Shown here in pieces: positions 24,745-32,000 of a stretch of 32,000 nt of DNA. The DNA is from Candidatus Nanobsidianus stetteri (GTDB lineage: Archaea > Nanobdellota > Nanobdellia > Nanobdellales > Nanobdellaceae). The stretch covers positions 126,567 to 158,566 of the forward strand of contig APJZ01000001.1 in assembly GCA_000387965.1 (NCBI GenBank), read 5' to 3'. The notes under the pieces are model-generated. The model had not been told where the DNA came from. It was given only the letters and a program-made list of their open reading frames with translations, and searched no databases. The translations under genes were made by a program, and so were the position numbers. Every line of letters starts with the position of its first letter. The stretch's first letter is position 1.

Positions 24745-25532
24745 TGTATTTTCTTTAATAAATAATCTTTAAACTTTTCCGCTTCTGATAATAAATTATT
24801 GAATTCTTCTAAAGATATTGAACCTGATTTTCTTGTTTGTAATGCATTTATTTTATCTGATAATCCAATATGTACAATCATATCCGCAGCTTCTTCTTCG
24901 TATTTATTTGGATCTACAACAAATTTATCATCAATTTTTGCAAATGAAACCATTAATGGAATATTTTTATTTAATGGTAATTTTTTATTTGTTTTATTTT
25001 TTGGATTTATCTTATATTCACCATTTTCTTTAATTAATTCTGGAAAATATGTATTCATTAATGCGCATACAGATGCTAAAGTTGATGCATCAATTATATT
25101 CCCATCATTATTTAATACATATATATCTAATAGTACAGACCAAACATATTTACCTGGTTCTATTACCAATTCTTTATCATTAATGAATCTAGATTCCCTT
25201 AATACTCTATCTACGACCCTTGAATATTCTATAGATTCTTCTGAAGGTCCTATATCAACATTAACATCAGAAACTGGAGATAAATTTACTGTTGTTACTA
25301 AAATACCTGAATCTTCATTATCTTGAAATGGTTCTGCTATTTCTAATTTTACCCCAGCTAAAACTTTTGTTTTTCCAAGTTCTAAATAGCAAGATCCTTC
25401 TGCATTCTTTACATAATTTTTTATTATTTTTATATCTCTATATTCTAACAATCCCCTTTTATCAATCCTATAATTTTCCTTTATAATTTTTCTAATATAA
25501 TCTGTAATATTCTCCTCAAAATCAATATCCAT
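24741..25532 (-). CDS. rrp42: Exosome complex component Rrp42 (RNase PH-like, non-catalytic subunit)
   Basis: 263 aa. RIDKRGLLEYRDIKI....AEGSCYLELGKTKVLAGVKLEIAEPF.D.EDSGIL, then ESIEYSRVVDRVLRES, VWSVLLDIYVLNNDGNIIDAS..A...AL. This pattern fits Rrp42 rather than Rrp41. Confidence 0.8.
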   Translation of the reverse strand: MDIDFEENITDYIRKIIKENYRIDKRGLLEYRDIKIIKNYVKNAEGSCYLELGKTKVLAGVKLEIAEPFQDNEDSGILVTTVNLSPVSDVNVDIGPSEESIEYSRVVDRVLRESRFINDKELVIEPGKYVWSVLLDIYVLNNDGNIIDASTLASVCALMNTYFPELIKENGEYKINPKNKTNKKLPLNKNIPLMVSFAKIDDKFVVDPNKYEEEAADMIVHIGLSDKINALQTRKSGSISLEEFNNLLSEAEKFKDYLLKKIQ

Positions 25533-25557
25533 TTATAAATGATTTATAAGATAATAT

Positions 25558-25653
25558 TTATAAAAGTGATAACCAGTATGCAAAAATTACTAACCCTATT
25601 GATATGATTAATATTATAAGATCTTTAGCAGCTTCTTTTATATCTTCATCCAT
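25558..25653 (-). CDS. Possible 31-aa membrane micro-protein
   Basis: MDEDIKEAAKDLIILIISIGLVIFAYWLSLL: acidic head plus one hydrophobic helix. It lies between the S-layer gene and rrp42 on the same strand. It is below the track cut-off, and the only evidence is the ORF and its hydrophobicity. Confidence 0.25.
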   Translation of the reverse strand: MDEDIKEAAKDLIILIISIGLVIFAYWLSLL

Positions 25654-25700
25654 AAATAAAATATAAAATTTTGAAAAATAAAAAGTTTAAGAAAAAGCTT

Positions 25701-28346
25701 TTACTGTACTTGTGTTGCTGCTGGATATCCGTTTACTGTTTGTTGGTCATTTACTTCTACTACTGTTGCATTATTGAATACATTTGAATCTACTCCATTT
25801 ACTAAGTAGTTTGCGAATAATTGTGTTGCTTGTGTTGTATCACTTCCTGACCATCCAAATATTACTAGTGTATTTGGATATAGTGTTGATGACATTATTA
25901 ATGCCATACCAGGTCCGAAGTTTATTCCTAATTGTTGTAATACTGGTTGTAATTCTGAACCATATACATATCCACTTTGATTATTTGCATATGCTTGTAA
26001 TTCTTGTCCTAATGTTGCATTCATATCTGATACATATTGTATTACTGCATTTGCTGCTAATAGATTTACTGCTGGACCTCCTACAACTATTAAATTACTC
26101 ATTGATGGTGTTACTTGTGAATCTAATATTACTTTTCCAATTAATGCTGTTGGTTGTGAATATGACATTGATGATGCAGAACCTGTTACTCCTGTTACTG
26201 TTAATTGTGTTCCTGGTATTGTTTGTCCTACTCCTACATTAACAACTTCTTGTTGTGCTTGTGAACCAACTGGAGCTAGTGCTAATGGATATTGAACTGG
26301 TGTTAATGGTATATATAATGATAGGGATTGGGAATTTGTACTTGATACTAATTGTGCATATGTTCCTGCTGCATCTAAGTAATATGCTGTTGTAGTTGCT
26401 CCAGATGATACGGATCCTGATACGAAACCCAATGAAGATGTTAAATTAGCTATACCTGCACTTGCCGATAATGTTAGATTTATTGCATCACTAGAAATTG
26501 TATATCCTGGATATACTTCTGCTATTGATACATTTGTTGAATTTGTATTTAAACCAGATAATACTATTACCGGTGTTGATTGTGGACTTGGGCCTTTTGC
26601 TGTTAATATTAATTCATTTTGATTATATGAACCTGTAGTTGTTAAGTTTATGTATGGTGTAGTTGCAGTGGTATTAATTGCTACTGGATTCAAGGATACA
26701 CCATTATCAACTACAAGTGGATTTCCTTGGGTTATTGTAAATGTTTGACCAGATATTACATCTTCTAACATTGCTTGAGGTACACCATTAGCACCTGTTG
26801 TTATTGATTGTACCTGGAATATTTCAACTGTTTGTGTAGTTGGATTATATACTTCAAAGTATTGACCTGCTGTTAATGTTAAGTTTGTAACATTTCCACC
26901 TTGTTGATAGGTAACTACACCTACATAGTATGGATAAAGTGTTGATGATATATTAACATATCCTTGTTGGAATGCTTGTAAAGTGTTATTAGATTGATTA
27001 TTAAATATTGTTACAGTATATGTTTTTCCTGATAATGCATCTGGATATGATATTGTGAATTGTGTTGCACCAGAAGATGTTAAAGATGCTTGTATTTGTA
27101 TTAAGTCTGAATTACTTGCTGGTATTTGTACTTGTGGGAATGTTAATTCATAATTGAATAATGGTAATGTGTATGTTTGTCCATTTACAACACCATAATA
27201 TCCTGAATTTCCAATTTCTGGTAATTGTGGGAATGTAAATGCTATACTTTGTATTAAATTTGGTGTAGTATATTGCATTTGAACTTGTACATTATTTAAA
27301 ACTTGGTTTGTTGAGGTTAATACATTTGCAGGTGTTGGTGATATAGGTAATTGATATCCAGAAGTACCTAAGACTAATTCAACTGCACCTTGTTGAGTTG
27401 TTGTAACTATACTTGATAATGGACCATATACATTTACTACAAGTATATTTACACCATCAATATAATATTGCGCTCCTACTTGAACTGTTATGGTTTGTCC
27501 ATTAACATTTAATATTGCTGCTGGTACACCTGTTGATGTTGTAGAACCTGCAGAATATTGAGCAGCAACACCTTGTAATGTAATATTTACTCCATTAAAT
27601 GTTACAGATTGATTTACATTTAATGTTACAACCTCTGCTGCTGGAACAAAGTTTATATAATTACCATTTGAAGATGGAACTAAATAGTATGTTGTATTAA
27701 ATATTTGTATTGCTTGTGGTGATTGTGATAATTGTGTTAAGTTTAATGCTGGAGAGAATGTTATTGTTAATGCTATTGGTGATGCAGTTGGTGTATTAGA
27801 AGCTAATGCTACTACAGGTGCAGATTGACCTGGAGATGGTTGTACATATTGTAATGAGAATGAACCTTGTGGATATACATATGCATTATATTGATATGTT
27901 GTTTGCTGCCCATTGTAATTTGTTGTAAATGAACCTGATCCTACTTGAATTGTTTGTACTACTTTATTTAATGCATTACCTAAGTACAATGGTTCTGATG
28001 GATAATAGAATGGATATGAATTTTGTATTACTGGAATTGTTCCTTGTATTTGTACCTGTAAGTTAGATGTATTTAAGGTAGAATTTGTTGGTACAGATGT
28101 AAATGTTTCTAAAGCTGCAATTATATTTGAAGCCCCTACAACATCTGCTGCATTGGCATTTGCTCCTACTACTACTGTCCATGATGTTGGTTGTGATTTC
28201 ATAGATTGTGCTAATTGACCTATTGTTGGTGCTCCTTGAGAATATGCTGCTACTCCCAATATTCCTAATGCCCCCAAAGCTGCCAAGGTCTTACCTTTCA
28301 TCATAAAATATCTATATGGATTTCTTCCTTTATATCCTTTTTCCAT
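25701..28346 (-). CDS. S-layer-like surface glycoprotein
   Basis: 881 aa. Signal-like MMKGKTLAALGALGILGVAAYSQGA, with a likely alternative start at Met15 (nt 28304). Extreme T/S/Q/N/V/Y composition with very few charged residues and no Cys. More than a dozen N-x-S/T sequons. No C-terminal TM anchor. Confidence 0.65.
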   Translation of the reverse strand: MEKGYKGRNPYRYFMMKGKTLAALGALGILGVAAYSQGAPTIGQLAQSMKSQPTSWTVVVGANANAADVVGASNIIAALETFTSVPTNSTLNTSNLQVQIQGTIPVIQNSYPFYYPSEPLYLGNALNKVVQTIQVGSGSFTTNYNGQQTTYQYNAYVYPQGSFSLQYVQPSPGQSAPVVALASNTPTASPIALTITFSPALNLTQLSQSPQAIQIFNTTYYLVPSSNGNYINFVPAAEVVTLNVNQSVTFNGVNITLQGVAAQYSAGSTTSTGVPAAILNVNGQTITVQVGAQYYIDGVNILVVNVYGPLSSIVTTTQQGAVELVLGTSGYQLPISPTPANVLTSTNQVLNNVQVQMQYTTPNLIQSIAFTFPQLPEIGNSGYYGVVNGQTYTLPLFNYELTFPQVQIPASNSDLIQIQASLTSSGATQFTISYPDALSGKTYTVTIFNNQSNNTLQAFQQGYVNISSTLYPYYVGVVTYQQGGNVTNLTLTAGQYFEVYNPTTQTVEIFQVQSITTGANGVPQAMLEDVISGQTFTITQGNPLVVDNGVSLNPVAINTTATTPYINLTTTGSYNQNELILTAKGPSPQSTPVIVLSGLNTNSTNVSIAEVYPGYTISSDAINLTLSASAGIANLTSSLGFVSGSVSSGATTTAYYLDAAGTYAQLVSSTNSQSLSLYIPLTPVQYPLALAPVGSQAQQEVVNVGVGQTIPGTQLTVTGVTGSASSMSYSQPTALIGKVILDSQVTPSMSNLIVVGGPAVNLLAANAVIQYVSDMNATLGQELQAYANNQSGYVYGSELQPVLQQLGINFGPGMALIMSSTLYPNTLVIFGWSGSDTTQATQLFANYLVNGVDSNVFNNATVVEVNDQQTVNGYPAATQVQ

Positions 28347-28457
28347 GATTTATTTAATTATGATAGAATTTAAAAAGTTTTTGATTTTTGATTAAAATTA
28401 ATTATAACCAACAAGTAATAACTCTATTATCAAGTTAAAATATCAAAAAATAATTTT

Positions 28458-29135
28458 TTATAATTCTTTGGCCTTCAATAATGCTACCAATGTTACTGTT
28501 GGTACCACAAATATCGTTAATAAAATAAAAAATATTAGCATTCCATAACTTATTGAAATTATTAACGCATATATTATATATATAATAAACAATATTATTG
28601 ATGCAATTATTGCGTATAATAGCATATATGAAAGTAATATAAATGATTTTTCAAAATATATTGATAATTTATTTACTTTTCCTAAGATAGATCCATAGAA
28701 TGTATACATAAGTAATATACTTAATATTATTGATATTATAATAATTACCAATTCAACAATTATTAATGTTGGATTATATGATACATATTGATAATTTGTT
28801 AATCCAAATGTATTTATATATCCAGCTGATGCTGAAGGTCCAATTGATGCTGAAGTAATGCCATAAAAAAGATATATTATTCCTATAGATGCTAATAGAT
28901 TTGGTATTAATAATGATAAAAATGCTGTTTTATAATCTGGATTAATATTATCTCCTGTAACTTTTGTATAATACCATGCTACTACATTTGGATAGAAATA
29001 TGAATATATTATTACTCCCAATATTGGTATTGCTATAGATAAAGTCCATAGCACTGCTGATGAAATAATAAATAATATACTATCTACAAAATTTTTTCTC
29101 ATATAATCAAATGCTTTTTTATATATTTCTATCAT
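28458..29135 (-). CDS. Polytopic membrane protein, tandem paralog A
   Basis: 225 aa with 5-6 TM helices. Shares YYTKVTGDNINPDYKTAFLSLLIPNLLASIGI, YGSILGKVNKLSIYFEKS and the C-terminal LLKAKEL with 29168..29875. Confidence 0.75.
   Translation of the reverse strand: MIEIYKKAFDYMRKNFVDSILFIISSAVLWTLSIAIPILGVIIYSYFYPNVVAWYYTKVTGDNINPDYKTAFLSLLIPNLLASIGIIYLFYGITSASIGPSASAGYINTFGLTNYQYVSYNPTLIIVELVIIIISIILSILLMYTFYGSILGKVNKLSIYFEKSFILLSYMLLYAIIASIILFIIYIIYALIISISYGMLIFFILLTIFVVPTVTLVALLKAKEL
28885..28977. repeat. 93-nt near-identical patch shared with 29619..29711
   Basis: 92/93 nt identical by eye (the single difference is t at 28926 versus c at 29660), inside otherwise strongly diverged paralogs. 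A second patch (28645..28698 versus 29352..29405) has about 3 mismatches in 54 nt. Confidence 0.85.
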
Positions 29136-29167
29136 AAATAATAGATCTTAAAAAGATATAAAAAATT

Positions 29168-29875
29168 TTACAATTCCTTAGCCTTTAATAGTAATATTAG
29201 ATTTGATGCTGGATATACAATCATTATATTTAAAATTGTTACAATTATATCTCCCAATCCGGGCAATATTAATGAAAATATTCCACCGATTATTAATAAT
29301 ATTATATCAGTAACAATATAAAATACAAGCCAATATGCAAATAATATCAAGGATTTTTCAAAATATATTGATAATTTATTTACCTTTCCTAAAATAGATC
29401 CATAAATACTATATAATAATAATATCCATATTATTCCGCCAATTATCATTATAATTATACCAATAATTATTCCTAAAAGATCGTATAGAAAAATACTGAA
29501 ATTAGGTAAACTCATTAATAATGATTGCTGAAGATTAGTGATATTCAATATATCTGTAAAATTTAATCCTAGCTGCATTAAAATACTAATTAATACTGCT
29601 AATATTATAGTTATACCAATAGATGCTAATAGATTTGGTATTAATAATGATAAAAATGCCGTTTTATAATCTGGATTAATATTATCTCCTGTAACTTTTG
29701 TATAATACCATTCAGTTAATCTAGGATAAAAATATGAATATATAATCGCTCCTACTATTGGTATTAAAAATAATAATCCCCCCAATATATAAAATACAAT
29801 ACCGTATATTAAACTCTCTATTATATGACTCTTTACTAAATCAAAAGATTTTTTATATGTTTCTACAAGGTCCAT
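29168..29875 (-). CDS. Polytopic membrane protein, tandem paralog B
   Basis: 235 aa. See paralog A for the shared blocks. Confidence 0.75.
   Translation of the reverse strand: MDLVETYKKSFDLVKSHIIESLIYGIVFYILGGLLFLIPIVGAIIYSYFYPRLTEWYYTKVTGDNINPDYKTAFLSLLIPNLLASIGITIILAVLISILMQLGLNFTDILNITNLQQSLLMSLPNFSIFLYDLLGIIIGIIIMIIGGIIWILLLYSIYGSILGKVNKLSIYFEKSLILFAYWLVFYIVTDIILLIIGGIFSLILPGLGDIIVTILNIMIVYPASNLILLLKAKEL
29619..29711. repeat. 93-nt near-identical patch shared with 28885..28977
   Basis: See 28885..28977. Confidence 0.85.
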
Positions 29876-29905
29876 AAAAATTGATTCTTAATAAAATTTA
29901 AAATA

Positions 29906-31429
29906 TTATCTTTTTGCAAACTTTATACCTCTCTTTTCATATTCAATAATATTCATTAGCAATTCATCCTCATTTTTATATTCTTTCTTTAATAAAAATT
30001 TTGCAGATAAATAACTTATACCCTTACCAGCATAAATAAATACAAATTTTTTACCATAATTCCTTAATAATTCAGCAGTTATATTTAACTTTTTCTCATC
30101 TTCCAAATCTTTTTCACTTTTTGCAACACCAAAATATTGACCTCCACATTTTTTGCATTTAAATTTTTCATCATAATCTTTTACTTTTATTTTATATTTT
30201 GTTCCACACGCCATACAAACAAATATTAATTCTGTATTTTCAATTCTTTCCTTTACCAATTTTAATACTTCTCTCCATTTATCAGAAATTAATACATCAG
30301 ATACATATTCTTCCAATCCTAAAATTGCTAAAGGTGATATATTTTCTCTATCAACAATATTTACCTTTATTTTTCTTTCCTTTATTTTCTTTAATATCAT
30401 CTTTAAATTTTTTACATCCAATTTTTCAATAAATAATTCATTTAATGTTTCCTTATATACCGGTGTACCAATTAAATGATCTAAAATTCTTCTTAGAGTA
30501 GATTTTGAATAATCTGCATCTTTTCTAATTACTCCAAATCTTTTTGCAACATGAGAAAATTTCCATAAAAACAAATCTGTATTAACTATTGCTTTTTCCA
30601 ATATATTTTCAACATTATCTAGATCAATATTTTCAATTACCTCTTTAATATTTTCCTTTGTAACATATCCAGCTTTTAACATTATCCTATAAGGATCTGT
30701 TTTTATCCCAACAACAATTCCATATTTTTCGGATAATATTTGGGAAATTAATCTTGATAATGCATCATTTATTTTACTTCCGAATGGAGAATGAATAATA
30801 AACCAATCCCTATATTGTTCAATATAAATATTATCTTTATTTGGATAAAAATATAATTCTTGATTTTTTAGTTCATCAAAATTTAATAAATCTCTTTTTA
30901 TTTCTTGTGCTTCTTGTGCAACTTCCAATGGAACAGGTAATAATTCACCTTCCCATGAGGGTATTGCAGATTCAAAATCTTTTTCCAATCCAACAAAAAT
31001 CTTCTTTTTTTCAATCTTTTCAATCTTCCACGGTAAACTCCTTAATATAAATATTGTACCAGGATTTCCATGTTTTGCAACAAATTCTTCATGTAATATA
31101 CCAATTTTTTGACCAGTTGTTATATCATATACATCATATGACTTTTCATCTGGTATCATTGAAATATTATCTAAAAAATAAAATAATCCTTTTCTTGTCT
31201 TAATCAATTTCTTATTTTCCCTATCATATATTAAAATCTTTATTGAATCTAAGAAATTTATTATATTTAAAAATTCTTCATATGTTAAATCTTTATATAT
31301 ATAAGATCTTTTTATTGTATCCCAAACAAGATCAACATTAACTTCTCCATATTCTAAGGTCATCCCAACAATTTGATTTGCTAACACATCTAGAGCATTA
31401 TAATGAATCTCAGGTTTTTCAATTTTCAT
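29906..31429 (-). CDS. Stand-alone Lhr-type helicase C-terminal module (winged-helix / DEAD-associated domain plus Zn ribbon), no helicase core
   Basis: 507 aa. The N-terminal HYNALDVLANQIVGMTLEYGEVNVDLVWDTIKRSYIYKDLTYEEFLNIINFL matches the pattern that follows RecA2 in Lhr/large helicase-related proteins (P.DVLAQ.i.g......v....w..vrra.py..L....f..vl..L). There is a CxxC-x16-CxxC ribbon (CMACG...CKKCG). No Walker or DEAH motifs are present. An in-frame stop lies 7 codons upstream of the ATG. Confidence 0.55.
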   Translation of the reverse strand: MKIEKPEIHYNALDVLANQIVGMTLEYGEVNVDLVWDTIKRSYIYKDLTYEEFLNIINFLDSIKILIYDRENKKLIKTRKGLFYFLDNISMIPDEKSYDVYDITTGQKIGILHEEFVAKHGNPGTIFILRSLPWKIEKIEKKKIFVGLEKDFESAIPSWEGELLPVPLEVAQEAQEIKRDLLNFDELKNQELYFYPNKDNIYIEQYRDWFIIHSPFGSKINDALSRLISQILSEKYGIVVGIKTDPYRIMLKAGYVTKENIKEVIENIDLDNVENILEKAIVNTDLFLWKFSHVAKRFGVIRKDADYSKSTLRRILDHLIGTPVYKETLNELFIEKLDVKNLKMILKKIKERKIKVNIVDRENISPLAILGLEEYVSDVLISDKWREVLKLVKERIENTELIFVCMACGTKYKIKVKDYDEKFKCKKCGGQYFGVAKSEKDLEDEKKLNITAELLRNYGKKFVFIYAGKGISYLSAKFLLKKEYKNEDELLMNIIEYEKRGIKFAKR

Positions 31430-31659
31430 AATTATATTACTATAAAATTATTTTATATAATATTCTAATCATACATATTTATAAAATTTTTCAAAGATAA
31501 TATTGCTACTTGTATGTACAAATATAAAATAAATCAAAGATTTTATAAAAAGAGTTTGAAGAATATTGTATAAATTAGTAATATAATCCAATAAAATAAT
31601 TATAATTAATGCATATTTATAATCTAAAAATTTTAAAAGAATTATAATAATAATCTTTC

Positions 31660-32000
31660 ATGAAAAATGATTATATTTATATATTTCTTATATCATTTAT
31701 ACCACAATTAATTATCTTACTATTATCTCCTCCAATATTGTTATGGGATGAATATTCATATTTAGATAATGTAAAACACATATTATTAAACACTCCATAT
31801 TTTGAATATTATAGATTTCCATTATTATGGTGGATATTAATTCCAATTTCTTACATTACAAATTTTAATATATTTTTCATAAAATTATTTTTAATTTTTA
31901 TTTTTTCTTTATCTACAGTATTTTTATATAAAATATTGGAAGATTATAATAATAAATATATAAACTATATTTTGATTTTATTTTATTCATTAAATGGTCT
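31660..32000 (+). CDS. Polytopic membrane protein, 3'-truncated by the window edge (possible GT-C-type glycosyltransferase)
   Basis: Not in the track. ATG at 31660, open for 113 codons to the window end. Sequence: MKNDYIYIFLISFIPQLIILLLSPPILLWDEYSYLDN...FPLLWWILIPI.... The acidic WDE motif after TM1 recalls the first-loop D/E motif of ArnT/PMT/AglB-like GT-C enzymes. The functional call is weak. Confidence 0.55.
   Translation, partial: MKNDYIYIFLISFIPQLIILLLSPPILLWDEYSYLDNVKHILLNTPYFEYYRFPLLWWILIPISYITNFNIFFIKLFLIFIFSLSTVFLYKILEDYNNKYINYILILFYSLNG

Noticed and set aside
24799-26242. Track ORFs 24799..25326(+) (175 aa), 24818..25033(+), 25292..25486(+) and 25784..26242(+).
   Set aside because: They are antisense to rrp42 and the S-layer gene. 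Despite the 175-aa length, the opposite strand has the RNase PH-like signature.
30199-31050. Track ORFs 30199..30432(+) and 30841..31050(+).
   Set aside because: They are antisense to the Lhr-like gene and give low-complexity translations.
1-32000. CRISPR arrays, rRNA genes, IS elements and split-tRNA halves.
   Set aside because: I saw no regularly spaced direct repeats, no rRNA-like GC-rich blocks and no transposase motifs. The only tRNA-like T-arm (GGTTCAAATCC) belongs to the intact tRNA at 22777..22849.

Overview
Strongly AT-rich archaeal chromosomal window. Archaeal markers are an archaeal-type TyrRS, RNA polymerase subunit K/Rpo6, exosome Rrp42, an Lrp/AsnC regulator, a FlaI-like ATPase and an S-layer-like glycoprotein. 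TATA-like boxes centred about 26 nt upstream of several ATGs suggest leaderless mRNAs. I support about 36 protein genes, one tRNA (Val-GAC) and one candidate C/D-box sRNA. I see no rRNA, no CRISPR array and no recognisable transposase or integrase. Housekeeping blocks (tyrS; asnA-like plus lrp/asnC; asnS, acyP, tRNA; ybaK-like, rpoK, rrp42, S-layer gene) are interrupted by two accessory-looking regions. (i) 3.6-11.7 kb is an island bracketed by long non-coding spacers. It holds a tandem triad of diverged paralogs, each preceded by the same ~50-nt promoter cassette; an archaeal-ATPase/DUF234-type P-loop protein ending in a PD-(D/E)xK motif; and a 1121-aa single-chain nuclease-methyltransferase-specificity (Type IIG-like) enzyme. 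This is my best candidate for an undescribed, defence-related system. (ii) 13.4-18.3 kb holds an orphan P-loop NTPase followed by five same-strand membrane-protein genes, built around a tightly coupled LemA/GIDE-like pair flanked by two paralogous polytopic proteins. Other notable points: a divergent AsnC-like/AsnA-like (truncated AsnRS paralog) pair with palindromic boxes; a 1-nt frameshift in a YbaK/ProX-like editing gene; a stand-alone Lhr C-terminal module without a helicase core; two tandem membrane paralogs with near-identical nucleotide patches; an 18-bp perfect palindrome; and an ORF running 10 nt into the tRNA. All family assignments come from motif recognition by eye, since no database search or folding program could be run.
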